A stretch of 64,000 nucleotides of DNA from Phycisphaerales bacterium JB054 (GCA_043100935.1 JBICHP010000016.1:25520-89519); one strand, 5' to 3'; positions 25,885 through 36,042 are shown, counted from the stretch's first letter. Translations and numbers: made by a program. Notes: generated from the sequence alone by a model not told the origin.

Positions 25885-27678
25885 GTGCCGCTCCCCCAGG
25901 CCAACCTCGTCCTCTTCTTTCTCGCCGGCTTCGTCGCCCTTTGGGGCGTCAGTGTCGTTCTCCGCGGCCTCTCCGGCTCGCGTGACACCGCCAGCCGCCG
26001 CTGCCCCCAGTGCCGGGCCGACATGCTGGGCCTCACCGGCCGCCGCTGCCCCGAGTGCGCCTTCGAGGCCGCGAGCGAGCGGGACCTGCACCGCCGCCGG
26101 CCCGACCGCCGCGTCGTCGCCGTCGGCGCGCTCGCGACGGCCGTCGGCTGCGCCCTCATCCCCATCGGGATCTCCGTCCGCAGCTGGGAGACCACCGGCT
26201 ACGCCGACAACACCGACCTCCACCCGCTCAACGCGCTGTTTGCGGGCGTCACCGCGTTCGCCGTCGTGCTGCTGGTGTGGGCGGTGCGGGGCGACCGGGC
26301 CAAGGGCAGGCGTCGCTGCCCCGAGTGCTGGTACGACATGCGCGGCACGCTGCCGACGGCGGCCGTCGCGACCGATACCGCGGATGACCGCGACCAGGCT
26401 CGTGCGCCAAACCTCTTGTGCCCCGAGTGCGGCCACACCGCCGCGACCGACCGCGAGCTCTACAAACCCCGCCGCCGCCCGCGCCTCGCGCTGCTGGCCG
26501 TCGCGATTGTCTTGCTCAGCTTCTACGGCCAGACCGTGCCGCGGGCGCTGCGGACAGGCCCGCTCGGCCTCGTGCCGACGACGGTGCTGATCGGGGGGAT
26601 GCGGTGGTTGCCGGAGGCGTGGTACGTCGACGGGAGCCGCGCCAACCGGGCCACGCTCCAGGCCCGAGTCTGGGACGACGACGTGTGGGGGTGGCAGCGG
26701 GCGTGGGGCCGGGCGGCGGCACTTCGGAGCCTTGAGAGCGGGCGGTTCGTGCAGCACCCGTCCGCGGCCGCGTCCATGCTCGATGTGCAGCAGATCGACG
26801 ACCGTGAGCGCGCGATCCGGGCGACGCTCCGGCTGTTGAACGACCCGGACCGCGCCGCCGCCACCGACGACGCCACGGCGTTGCTGGAGGCGATGGGATC
26901 GCTGCTGTGGCTTCCCGGCCGCGACGTGGAGAGCACGCGGGCCGAGGAGATCCGCGGCATGGTCGCGGCCGCCGAGCCCATGCTCTCCAAGCGGGTGCGG
27001 AAGGGGACCGAGGCCGAGGCGGCCATCGCCATACAGCTCTTCTGGATGGTCGATCCGCGCGACGCGGACTGGGTCCCGGCGGTCGCCGAGCGAGCGGTGC
27101 ACGGCGGCAAGCCCACGGTGAGGATGGCGGTGGGACTGCTCATCAGCACCGCCGACTCGGACCCGCGGGCAGTGCACGCGATCGAGGCCGCGTTGTCGAG
27201 TGGGAGCTTCCCAAAGTGGGCCCAGAGCGGGCTCAGAATGTCCAATCCCGCCGTTTCGAGCGATCGGGAGGCCGACGCCTTTCTCGCGATCGTGGCGTCC
27301 TCGACCGACCCCGAGGTCGCCCGACTTGTAGCGGAGGCGTTCGTCGGGGTCTCCTTCGAGGTCGAACCGTACGCGGAGCTGATCCGGGCGGCCCGCCAGC
27401 CCGACGCGGTGCGTGCGGGCTTTGCGGAGTCCTGGGGCCTCGGAGTCTACTTGGGGGTCAAGGACGCCATCGAGCTCGTGCTCCCGGCCGCGGCCAACGC
27501 CGACCCCGAGATCCGCGATCGTGTGCTCTGGTTCCTGAAGGAACACCCCGAGCACCTCGCCCCACACCGCGACGAGATCCTGCCGGTGGTCTCCCCGCTC
27601 GCCAAGGACGAGGACAAGGTCACCGCGCAGATGGCCGCCGAGATCATGGCGGCGCTCGACGCGGCCGCGAATGACTGA
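25885..27678 (+). CDS. Membrane protein with two CPxC...CPECG zinc ribbons and C-terminal HEAT-like repeat domain
   Basis: GTG at 25885 and an N-terminal TM. Ribbon 1 is RRCPQCRADMLGLTGRRCPECAF...RRRP followed by TM. Ribbon 2 is RRRCPECWYDMRG...LLCPECGHT...KPRRRP followed by TM. The C-terminus is helical-repeat (DPEIRDRVLWFLKEHPEHL...). Confidence 0.7.
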   Translation: MPLPQANLVLFFLAGFVALWGVSVVLRGLSGSRDTASRRCPQCRADMLGLTGRRCPECAFEAASERDLHRRRPDRRVVAVGALATAVGCALIPIGISVRSWETTGYADNTDLHPLNALFAGVTAFAVVLLVWAVRGDRAKGRRRCPECWYDMRGTLPTAAVATDTADDRDQARAPNLLCPECGHTAATDRELYKPRRRPRLALLAVAIVLLSFYGQTVPRALRTGPLGLVPTTVLIGGMRWLPEAWYVDGSRANRATLQARVWDDDVWGWQRAWGRAAALRSLESGRFVQHPSAAASMLDVQQIDDRERAIRATLRLLNDPDRAAATDDATALLEAMGSLLWLPGRDVESTRAEEIRGMVAAAEPMLSKRVRKGTEAEAAIAIQLFWMVDPRDADWVPAVAERAVHGGKPTVRMAVGLLISTADSDPRAVHAIEAALSSGSFPKWAQSGLRMSNPAVSSDREADAFLAIVASSTDPEVARLVAEAFVGVSFEVEPYAELIRAARQPDAVRAGFAESWGLGVYLGVKDAIELVLPAAANADPEIRDRVLWFLKEHPEHLAPHRDEILPVVSPLAKDEDKVTAQMAAEIMAALDAAAND

Positions 27679-27693
27679 CCGTACCCTCCCCGC

Positions 27694-28428
27694 ATGTCCA
27701 CCCCCCTCCGCCTCGCCATGTGGTCCGGCCCGCGCAACATCTCCACCGCGATGATGCGATCCTTCGAGAACCGCCCCGACACCGCCGTCGTGGACGAGCC
27801 GCTCTACGCCCACTTCCTCCACCACACCGGCATCGATCACCCCGGTGCGGCCGAAGTGATCGCCGCGGACGAGACCGACTGGCACGCCGTCACCGATCGC
27901 CTCCTCGGCCCCGTCCCCGGCGACAAGCCCATCTACTACCAGAAGCACATGGGCCAGCACCTGCTGCCGCACATCGACCGCGCCTGGATCGCCTCGCTCA
28001 CCAACTGCTTCCTCATCCGCGATCCCCGCGAGGTCATCACCAGCTTCATCAAGGTCGTCGAGCGGCCCACGGCCGAAGAGCTCGGCCTGCCGCAGCAGCT
28101 CGAGCTCTTCGAGGCCGAGCGGGCCCGCACCGGCCGCACACCGCCCGTGATCGACTCCCGCGACGTGCTTGAGAACCCCCGCGGCGTGCTCTCCAACCTC
28201 TGCGACGCCCTGCACATCCCCTTCGACGAGTCCATGCTCGCCTGGCCCCCCGGCCCGCGAGACACCGACGGCGTCTGGGCGCCCTACTGGTACGACAACG
28301 TCCACAAGTCCACCGGCTTTGGCACCTACACCCCCAAGCCCGACACCGTCCCCGACGACCTGCAAGAGGTCTACGAGACCTGCCAACGCTGCTACGAGGC
28401 CCTCGCCCCGCACCGCATCCGGGCCTGA
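27694..28428 (+). CDS. Sulfotransferase-fold/P-loop-like family protein (function unknown)
   Basis: N-terminal MWSGPRNISTAMMRSF resembles a PAPS 5'-phosphosulfate-binding loop. Globular, protein-like composition throughout. Family recollection only. Confidence 0.55.
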   Translation: MSTPLRLAMWSGPRNISTAMMRSFENRPDTAVVDEPLYAHFLHHTGIDHPGAAEVIAADETDWHAVTDRLLGPVPGDKPIYYQKHMGQHLLPHIDRAWIASLTNCFLIRDPREVITSFIKVVERPTAEELGLPQQLELFEAERARTGRTPPVIDSRDVLENPRGVLSNLCDALHIPFDESMLAWPPGPRDTDGVWAPYWYDNVHKSTGFGTYTPKPDTVPDDLQEVYETCQRCYEALAPHRIRA

Positions 28429-28537
28429 GCCCGCCTGGGGGGCAGTCCGCGGGCCAATCCCCATCGCGGCGGAACCCGGCTCGCGCCGGCGGGTACCACC
28501 CGGGACCACCCTCGCCCCGGCCCCCCGGAGACACGCC

Positions 28538-29350
28538 ATGCCCGCACACTCCCGCCGCACGTTCCTCGCGACCGGCTCGCTCGGCTGCGCCGCCCTCACG
28601 TCGTCGGCCCTCGCCGGCTTCTCCGCCACCCAGACCGCTCCGCGATCCGCTCCCGCCCCGGACGAGACCTACCCGACCACGCCCGCCGCGCGCGCACAGG
28701 ACTTCGTCGGCGCATCCCACTTCAACATGGAGCGCGTCGAGGCGATGCTCACCGAAGACCCCGGTCTGGCCAAAGCCGCCTGGGACTGGGGCTTCGGCGA
28801 CTGGGAGACCGCCCTGGGCGCCGCCTCCCACACCGGCCAGATCGCCATCATCGAGCTGCTCATCGCCCACGGCGCCCGCCCCGACCTCTTCACGCTCGCC
28901 ACGCTCGACCGGATCGACGCCCTCCGCCCGATTCTCGAGTCGATCCCGGGCACCGACGCCCTCGAGGGCCCGCACTCCATCTCGCTCTACCGCCACGCCG
29001 CGTCTGGCAAGGCCGAACGCGTGATGGAGTACCTCGACGCCAAGGGCCTCAACCCGCCCAACCCCTTCGAGACCGATCCCGAGACCGCCCGGCCGCTGGT
29101 CGGTGCCTACGCGTGGAGCCCCGCCGAGACCGACCGGTTCGAGGTGACGTGGTTCGACCGCCTCACCTGCCTCCAGCTCAAACGCCCCGGCGGGGTGGCC
29201 CGCAATCTCATCCCGCTCGGCAACTCCAGTTTCTCGCCGGCTGGCGCCCGCCACGTGGTGCTCTCGTTTACGCACGAGGGCGAGCAGGCGACGCAATTGC
29301 TCGTGCCGCAGATCCGCGGCGTGCTCAACTGCGCACGGACCCAGGGCTAG
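28538..29350 (+). CDS. Tat-signal ankyrin-repeat protein
   Basis: Twin-arginine signal (SRRTFLATGSLGCAALTSSALA). Ankyrin-like repeat (TALGAASHTGQIAIIELLIAHGARPDL). ATG at 28538. Confidence 0.6.
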   Translation: MPAHSRRTFLATGSLGCAALTSSALAGFSATQTAPRSAPAPDETYPTTPAARAQDFVGASHFNMERVEAMLTEDPGLAKAAWDWGFGDWETALGAASHTGQIAIIELLIAHGARPDLFTLATLDRIDALRPILESIPGTDALEGPHSISLYRHAASGKAERVMEYLDAKGLNPPNPFETDPETARPLVGAYAWSPAETDRFEVTWFDRLTCLQLKRPGGVARNLIPLGNSSFSPAGARHVVLSFTHEGEQATQLLVPQIRGVLNCARTQG

Positions 29351-29423
29351 GCGGCTCAAGAATCAACAGGCCACACCCGTGCCGCGACGATGAAGCTGAA
29401 AGCACACATCGCGGAGGGGACAC

Positions 29424-30650
29424 ATGCTCGACGAGATCATCAGATGGACGGCCCTCGGCGTCGGGGCTTTCGGCTTGGCCGTCGTCGTCATCGCGTGGCG
29501 GACCCGCCCCCGGGGTGATCGGCGTCTCTGCCCGGGATACGCTCGCTCGGTGCGGTCGCGGCTTCACCCGGCGCGGGCGCTCTTCCGCTATCGATGCGGA
29601 TACGACCTCGCCGGCTCGCCAAGGCAGGACGGTCTCGTCCGGTGCTCGGAGTGCGGCCGGACGCACGACCCGGCCGACCTGCTCCGTCCGGGCTCGCGAC
29701 TCCGGCTCGGGGCGGTCGGCTCCCTGATGCTCATCGCTGCGAGCGGCACGCTGCTGGTGCCGTGGTTCCAGAGCGGCAGGTGGGCCCGCGCTCTGCCCAC
29801 GCTGGCTCTGGTCGTCGTGGAGAATCCGTACCGGACAGAGGCCAGCGAGGACATCCGTGAGGAGGTCTCCCGCCGGGTTCGAGACGGCGATATCGAGGGC
29901 GTGTCCGCCCGCATGCTCGCAGGCCGCGTTGCTCCGCAACTTCGCGGCGATACCCGCCGAGGGAACGCCGAACGGGCCGAGTCGATTCTTAGAAGCCTCT
30001 GGCCCGAGTCCCGGCGGGAACTCGAAGCCCTGCTGACCGAAGGGGACGCCCAGGCCCGCGTGCTCGCGGCCGCGATACTCCGGCGGCGGTGCCCGAACGA
30101 CCCGCCATGGGCCCTGCTCGAAGCCTGCATCGAGGACATCGGCTCCTGTCCCCCCGGGGTCAGCGCCTACATGCGCTGGGGAAAGTGCAGCGATGCCGCC
30201 GAGTTCCTGCGAGCGCACGCTGTGCGCGCCCATCCGCTGCTCGAATCGGCCATGCACGACCCGGACCCGCACCGCCGGCTCGTCGCCGCGGCCGTGGTCG
30301 GGTACGCCGGTCTCGCCGACCTCGCAGCCGCCGCCGCGCCGATCCTCATCTCGCACCTCGCCGACAACAACGTCTCGGGCGACGCCAAGCTCGCCATCCC
30401 CGCCCTCTTCCGGCTCGGGCCCGCCGCCCGCCCCGCGCTCCTGGCCAGCACGGACGCTCCCGATCCTCAGCAACGCCAGGCGGTCCGCGCGCTCCTCGAA
30501 CTGCTCGACACGCCCGAGGCCCGCGACTGGCAGCTCGAGACGCCGATGCCCCGAGTCACCCTGCTCACCAACGACCCCGCCCGCACGCTCAGCCTCAGTC
30601 GCGCCCTGAGCGACCTGCACTTCCGAACACCGCCACCTTCCCGCGACTAA
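29424..30650 (+). CDS. Membrane zinc-ribbon protein with HEAT-like repeats (paralog of 25885..27678)
   Basis: N-terminal TM, then YRCGYDLAGSPRQDGLVRCSECGRTHDPADLLRP, then TM. HEAT-like repeats follow (DPDPHRRLVAAAVVGYAG, DAPDPQQRQAVRALLELL). Confidence 0.7.
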   Translation: MLDEIIRWTALGVGAFGLAVVVIAWRTRPRGDRRLCPGYARSVRSRLHPARALFRYRCGYDLAGSPRQDGLVRCSECGRTHDPADLLRPGSRLRLGAVGSLMLIAASGTLLVPWFQSGRWARALPTLALVVVENPYRTEASEDIREEVSRRVRDGDIEGVSARMLAGRVAPQLRGDTRRGNAERAESILRSLWPESRRELEALLTEGDAQARVLAAAILRRRCPNDPPWALLEACIEDIGSCPPGVSAYMRWGKCSDAAEFLRAHAVRAHPLLESAMHDPDPHRRLVAAAVVGYAGLADLAAAAAPILISHLADNNVSGDAKLAIPALFRLGPAARPALLASTDAPDPQQRQAVRALLELLDTPEARDWQLETPMPRVTLLTNDPARTLSLSRALSDLHFRTPPPSRD

Positions 30651-30659
30651 GCTCCCCGC

Positions 30660-31562
30660 ATGCTCCAGACGTTCAACGAGAAAAACCGCGACCTCCTCAT
30701 CAACATCAACGGTGAACTGCTCCACCGCGACAAGGCGGGGATCTCCCCGTTCGACTCGGCCGTCCAGGGCGGCGACGCCGTCTGGGAAGGCCTCCGCGTC
30801 TACAACGGCCGCGTCTTCAAGCTCACCGAACACCTCGAGCGTCTCCGCTCCAGCGCCAAGGCTCTTGCCTTCGCCGAGATCCCCTCCAACGACCACATGA
30901 CCGAGGAGATCAAGAAGACGCTCACCGCCAACAACATGCGCGACGCCGCGCACATCCGCCTCACTCTCACCCGCGGCGTCAAGATCACCAGCGGCATGGA
31001 CCCGCGGCTCAACCAGTCCGGGCCCACGCTGATCGTCCTCGCCGAGCACAAGGCGCCGGTCTACGGCACCACCGGGCTCTCGCTCGTCACCGCCAACATC
31101 CGCCGCTTCCCGCCCGACTGCCTCGATCCCAAGATCCACCACTGCAACCTGATCCAGTCGATCCTCGCCAAGATCGAGGCCAACACCGCCGGTGCCGACG
31201 ACGCCCTCATGCTCGACAAGCAGGGCTTCATCGCCGAGACCAACGCGACCCACGTCTTTATCGTGACCAACGGCGTCGTCGAGACCAGCCGCCTCGTCGC
31301 CTGCCCCGAGGGCATCACCCGCGACACGGTGCTCTCCCTCTGTCGCAAGCACAAGATCCCCTGCGCCGAGCGCGACATCTCGCTCACCGAGGTCTACCGC
31401 GCCCACGAGATGTTCTGCACGGGCACCATGGGCGAGCTCGCAGCCGTCACGACCGTGGACGGCCGCACCATCGCCGACGGCGACCCGGGCCCGATGACCA
31501 AACGCCTCAGCGCCCTCTACCGCGAACTCACGGCCTACGAGGGCGTCCGCGTCGTCGATTAG
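30660..31562 (+). CDS. Class IV aminotransferase (branched-chain amino acid or D-amino acid aminotransferase)
   Basis: Fold-type IV PLP enzyme signatures (VWEGLRVYNGRVFKLTEHLERL, catalytic-Lys region CLDPKIHHCNL, GITR, EMFCTGT). About 300 aa. Confidence 0.85.
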   Translation: MLQTFNEKNRDLLININGELLHRDKAGISPFDSAVQGGDAVWEGLRVYNGRVFKLTEHLERLRSSAKALAFAEIPSNDHMTEEIKKTLTANNMRDAAHIRLTLTRGVKITSGMDPRLNQSGPTLIVLAEHKAPVYGTTGLSLVTANIRRFPPDCLDPKIHHCNLIQSILAKIEANTAGADDALMLDKQGFIAETNATHVFIVTNGVVETSRLVACPEGITRDTVLSLCRKHKIPCAERDISLTEVYRAHEMFCTGTMGELAAVTTVDGRTIADGDPGPMTKRLSALYRELTAYEGVRVVD

Positions 31563-32746
31563 TCCGCCTCGCTCCAGAGCTCCGCGTAGTGCTGGCCGTC
31601 GCACACCTGCCGCATGAACAGGTACACCATCGTCCCCGCCGTCAGCACGCAGCTCAGGGCATACCCCGCCGCGACCAGTCGCAGGCACGAGCCCCAGAAG
31701 CCGACCATCCACGACGAGACCGAAGTCACCCCGCCGATCTCCCGCAGTTCGCCCGCCTCGTTCAACTGTGCCTCAAGCGGGTACGCTCCGGTCAGCTCCG
31801 CAAGGCCCTGCGCCGGCACCCACGCGCCCGCCGTCGCCCGCGTAAACCCGATCGCGCTCTCGGCAAGCCCCAACGCCAACCCGCCGGCCAGCGCGCTCAC
31901 CAGCCCGCCGATGAACACATACATCAGCAGCCGCACCGGCCGGGCCACGACGTAGGCCAGCACACGACCCACCGAGTCGAACGCGTCGGTCCCCTCGCAC
32001 GCCGCCGAGGGCAGCAGCATCGACCAGCCCAGCAGCAACACCACGACCAGCCCCGCCGCCACCAGCCCGAGCAAGAGCCCGAGGCCGTAGAACAGCCCGC
32101 CGATCAGCTCCAGCCCCGGCACGACGTTAAACAGCACCAAGCCGCCCATCGCCAGCACCAGCGCGATCGCCGCGATCAATGACGCGGGCAGCACCGCCAC
32201 ACCCAGGAACGTCCGCCAGCGCTTCACGGCAAACCCGAGCTGCTTGGTCCACGGCAGCGTCATCTCCAGCGAGACCTCGCACGCCACCGACCGGCACACC
32301 GCGCCGCCCAGCACCGCCCAAACCAACGCCATCGGCACGCCGAGCAACACCGACTCTGCCGGATACCGCGAGAGCGCCATCGCGGGCACATCGATCAGCA
32401 GCGCCGCAAACCCCGCCCCGATCGCTCCGCCGTGGAGGCCGACCACGCCGTGCCAGAGCTGCGCGAGCGCCTCGAGCTTGGCCCCCAGCACGGCGTCCAG
32501 GAACGGCAGCGTCTCGGCGTCCCGCCACGGCATCTCCAGCCGGCCGATCAGCCCGACCAGCGCCACCAGAAACAGCGCGAGCCCCACCCGCTGAGGCCGC
32601 AGGGCCAGCGCGGGCAGCCGCAGCAGCTTGACCCAGAGCAGTTGCTCGACCATCCCGTGCAGCCACCACGAATCGGCCGACGCCCCGGCACCCCGCCGCC
32701 CATCGAGTTCACGCTCATCCACGATCCACCCCGCCTTCGGTCCCAC
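31559..32746 (-). CDS. Polytopic membrane protein, unknown function
   Basis: Eight or more long hydrophobic segments with protein-like loops. Stop overlaps the convergent aminotransferase stop. Start uncertain (an internal Met at MVEQLLWV is possible). Confidence 0.55.
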   Translation of the reverse strand: MGPKAGWIVDERELDGRRGAGASADSWWLHGMVEQLLWVKLLRLPALALRPQRVGLALFLVALVGLIGRLEMPWRDAETLPFLDAVLGAKLEALAQLWHGVVGLHGGAIGAGFAALLIDVPAMALSRYPAESVLLGVPMALVWAVLGGAVCRSVACEVSLEMTLPWTKQLGFAVKRWRTFLGVAVLPASLIAAIALVLAMGGLVLFNVVPGLELIGGLFYGLGLLLGLVAAGLVVVLLLGWSMLLPSAACEGTDAFDSVGRVLAYVVARPVRLLMYVFIGGLVSALAGGLALGLAESAIGFTRATAGAWVPAQGLAELTGAYPLEAQLNEAGELREIGGVTSVSSWMVGFWGSCLRLVAAGYALSCVLTAGTMVYLFMRQVCDGQHYAELWSEAD

Positions 32747-32922
32747 CCTGCCCGCGAAATCGCCCCGACCGGTTCACCAACAACACACCGGAAGGGCATC
32801 ATACACAACCCCGGCCCGGACTCACGCCGGTGAGCCTGCGTACGCCCGCGCACCGGCGCGTCGCCTCCGCCCGAGGTATGCTCATCCCGCTCGCACCGTT
32901 TCCCCTGTACGAGGAGGTATCT

Positions 32923-33510
32923 ATGGGCTACATGGGATTGATCATCGCCGCCGTGGCCGCTGCCGCGGTTTTCATCGTTCTGCTGCTGGTCATCATGGTC
33001 CTCTACAACGGCCTGGTCCGCGCCCGTGTCAACTGCGACAACGCCTGGGCCCAGATCGACGTCCAGCTCAAGCGCCGCTACGACCTCATCCCCAACCTCG
33101 TCGAGACGGTCAAGGGCTACGCCGGGCACGAGAAGGACACGCTCGAGGCCGTCATCAAGGCACGCCAGCAGGCCGTCGCGATCACGTCCGACTCGGCCCA
33201 CGCCGCCCAGAAGGCCGACGCCGAGAACATGATCTCGCAGGCCCTCGGCCGCCTCTTCGCGCTGCAGGAGTCCTACCCCGAGCTCAAGGCCGACACCAAC
33301 TTCCGCCAGCTCCAGGAAGAGCTCACCAGCACCGAGAACAAGATCGGCTTCTCCCGCCAGCACTTCAACGACACCGTCGGCACCTACGAGCAGAAGCGCC
33401 AGACCTTCCCGACCGTCCTGGTCGCCGCCCTCTTCAACTTCGCCAAGCGCGAGTTCTTCGAGCTCAAGGACACCGCCGCTCGCGAAGCGCCCAAGGTCTC
33501 GTTCTCGTGA
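32923..33510 (+). CDS. lemA: LemA family protein
   Basis: ATG at 32923 with GAGGAGG at 32911-32917. N-terminal TM then the canonical LemA block YNGLVRARVNCDNAWAQIDVQLKRRYDLIPNLVETVKGYAGHE. Confidence 0.85.
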   Translation: MGYMGLIIAAVAAAAVFIVLLLVIMVLYNGLVRARVNCDNAWAQIDVQLKRRYDLIPNLVETVKGYAGHEKDTLEAVIKARQQAVAITSDSAHAAQKADAENMISQALGRLFALQESYPELKADTNFRQLQEELTSTENKIGFSRQHFNDTVGTYEQKRQTFPTVLVAALFNFAKREFFELKDTAAREAPKVSFS

Positions 33511-34994
33511 GACCGGCCGGAGCCGACGCCCGCCAGCCCGCCCCCTCTCCCGCCCCGCGCGGGAGAGGGCTGCGCTTTCTGCCGCTCGCGTTCGCAGCTG
33601 CCTGCATCATCGCCGCCGCCGCGCACGCCCAGATCCGCAACGTCGTCATGATCGTTGCCGACGATCAACGCACCGACACCGTCGCCGCGTGGGGCAACGA
33701 GCACATCGACACCCCAAACCTCGACGCCCTCACCGCCCGCGGCACGTCGTTTGCCAACGCCTACTGCATGGGCTCGATGACCCCCGCCGTCTGCGCCCCC
33801 AGCCGGGCAATGTTCCTCTCCGGCCGCACGCTGCTGAACCTCGGCCCCGATCCCTACAACACCCAGCCCGACATCCGGCTCCTCCCCGAGGTCCTCCGCG
33901 ACAGCGGCATCACCACCTTCGCCACCGGCAAATGGCACAACGGCAAGGCCTCGTTTGCGCGCGCATTCGACGGCGGCGCGAGCATCTTCTTCGGCGGCAT
34001 GGGCAGCCACACCGACCTGCCCGTGCACGACTTTGACCCGGCCGGCGACTACCCCAACAACGCACGCCGCACACTCCGCGAGTTCTCCTCCGCCGAGTTC
34101 GCCTCCGCCGCCGTGGAGTTCCTCCGCTCCGACGAGGCCGCTGCTCCCTTCTTCCTCTATCTCTCCTTCACCGCGCCCCACGACCCGCGGACTCCCCCCG
34201 ACGAAGACTCAAGCCGCTACCGCGCCGACCCGCCGCCGCTGCCGGCCAACTTCCTGCCGCTGCACCCCTTCGACAACGGCGAGATGACCATCCGCGACGA
34301 GGCCCTCGCCGCGTGGCCCCGCACCGAGGCGGACATCCAGCACCACCTCGCCGACTACTACGCCATGATCACGCACATGGACCGCCAGATCGGCCGCGTC
34401 CTGAAGGCGATCGACGCCGCCGGGCGCACCGACGACACGCTCGTCGTCTTCTTCGCCGACCACGGCCTGGCCGTCGGCAGCCACGGGCTGCTCGGCAAGC
34501 AGAACCTCTACGAGCACTCCACCAAAGCCCCCCTCATCGTCGCCGGCCCCGGCATAGCCGAGGGCGTCTCGACCCCCGCGCCGGTCTACCTCCTCGACAT
34601 CCCCGCCACGGTCTGCGACCTGCTCGGCCTCGAGACCGCCTGGTGCCCCGAGTCCGAGAGCTTCGCCCCCGCGCTGCGGGGCCAGGCCTTCGACGGGCGG
34701 CCGAGCATCCTCACGCTCTACCGCGACAGCCAGCGCGCCGTCAGACAGGGCGATTGGAAGCTCATCCGCTACCCACGCATCAACCACACCCAGCTCTTCA
34801 ACCTCGCGAGCGACCCCGACGAGCTCCACAACCTCGCCGAAGACCCCGCACAGACCGACCGCATGATCAGCCTGCTCGGCGAGCTCGGGCGCTGGCAGGA
34901 GCGCATCGGCGACGAGCGCCCGCTCTCGGCCGACCCCGCGCTGCCCATGCACTTCGACCACGCCGACGCCGAAAGGAACCGCCGCGGTGGCTAA
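33507..34994 (+). CDS. Secreted sulfatase (formylglycine-dependent, arylsulfatase family)
   Basis: Signal-like LRFLPLAFAAACIIAAAAHA, then VVMIVADDQR and the sulfatase signature CAPSRAMFLSGR (C-x-P-x-R). GTG at 33507 overlaps the lemA stop, though the true start could be slightly downstream. Confidence 0.85.
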   Translation: MRPAGADARQPAPSPAPRGRGLRFLPLAFAAACIIAAAAHAQIRNVVMIVADDQRTDTVAAWGNEHIDTPNLDALTARGTSFANAYCMGSMTPAVCAPSRAMFLSGRTLLNLGPDPYNTQPDIRLLPEVLRDSGITTFATGKWHNGKASFARAFDGGASIFFGGMGSHTDLPVHDFDPAGDYPNNARRTLREFSSAEFASAAVEFLRSDEAAAPFFLYLSFTAPHDPRTPPDEDSSRYRADPPPLPANFLPLHPFDNGEMTIRDEALAAWPRTEADIQHHLADYYAMITHMDRQIGRVLKAIDAAGRTDDTLVVFFADHGLAVGSHGLLGKQNLYEHSTKAPLIVAGPGIAEGVSTPAPVYLLDIPATVCDLLGLETAWCPESESFAPALRGQAFDGRPSILTLYRDSQRAVRQGDWKLIRYPRINHTQLFNLASDPDELHNLAEDPAQTDRMISLLGELGRWQERIGDERPLSADPALPMHFDHADAERNRRGG

Positions 34995-36042
34995 GCGACC
35001 CGCAAAGACAGCCCGTCCCGCAAGCCTGCGCGAGCGCGTGCAGGAAGAGATGCGCGCCTACCCCACCAACGTCACCTTCCACGACCTCATCCGCAAGAAC
35101 AAGCGGCAGAGCGTCCTGCTCATCTTCGGCATGCTCCTGCTCGGCGCGGTGCTCGGCTCGGCCCTCGGTGCGCTCGCCGCGGCCTACGGCGGCGGTGGGG
35201 GCGACCTCAAGGTCCTCCTCCCCTCCCTCGTCCTCGGCGGCATCGTGGCGCTCGTCGTCGGCGTCGGCGCCACGCTCTGGAGCTGGTTCAGCGGCTCGAG
35301 CGCCATCCTCCGCATGATGGGCGCCATCGAGATGAACAAGGACGCCGACCCCGAGCTGTTCAATATCGTCGACGAGATGCGCATCGCCGCGGGCCTGCCC
35401 ATGCCCAAGGTCTACCTCATCAACGACTCGGCCCTCAACGCCTTCGCCACCGGACGCGACCCCGAGCACGGCGTCGTCGCCGTCACCCGAGGCCTCCGCG
35501 CCAAGCTCAACCGCGACCAGCTCCAGGCCGTCATCGCCCACGAGATGGCACACATCCGCCACTACGACATCCGCTTTGCCATGCTCATGGCCACCATGGT
35601 CGGCCTCATCGTCTTCGCCTGCGACGCCGCGTTCCGCATGGCCTTCTACTCACGCATGGGCGGCCGCCGCTCCAGCCGCAGCAGCGACGGCGGTGGGGGA
35701 GCCGCCGTCATCATCGTCATCGTGATCGCCCTCGTCCTCGCGATCGTCGCCCCCATCCTCGCCCGCTTCATCCAGATGGCCTACTCCCGCGAGCGCGAAT
35801 ACCTCGCCGACGCCGGCGCCGTCGAACTCACCCGCAACCCCGAGGCCCTCGCCTCGGCCCTGGCCACCATCGCCGGCGACGAGGAGCCCCTCGTCGAGGT
35901 CGCCAACCGCGGCACCGCCCACATGTTCATCGCCAACCCCCTCAAAAAGGCCCGCGCCGCCCACCAGAACATGAACTCCATGTTCGCCAGCCACCCGCCG
36001 ATGGACAAGCGCATCGCCCGCATCCTCGCCCTGGCGAGATAG
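34987..36042 (+). CDS. M48-family (HtpX-like) zinc metalloprotease
   Basis: HEMAHIRHYD (HExxH) with downstream EYLADAGAVELT. Four TM segments. GTG at 34987 overlaps the sulfatase stop by 8 nt. Confidence 0.85.
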   Translation: MAKRPAKTARPASLRERVQEEMRAYPTNVTFHDLIRKNKRQSVLLIFGMLLLGAVLGSALGALAAAYGGGGGDLKVLLPSLVLGGIVALVVGVGATLWSWFSGSSAILRMMGAIEMNKDADPELFNIVDEMRIAAGLPMPKVYLINDSALNAFATGRDPEHGVVAVTRGLRAKLNRDQLQAVIAHEMAHIRHYDIRFAMLMATMVGLIVFACDAAFRMAFYSRMGGRRSSRSSDGGGGAAVIIVIVIALVLAIVAPILARFIQMAYSREREYLADAGAVELTRNPEALASALATIAGDEEPLVEVANRGTAHMFIANPLKKARAAHQNMNSMFASHPPMDKRIARILALAR

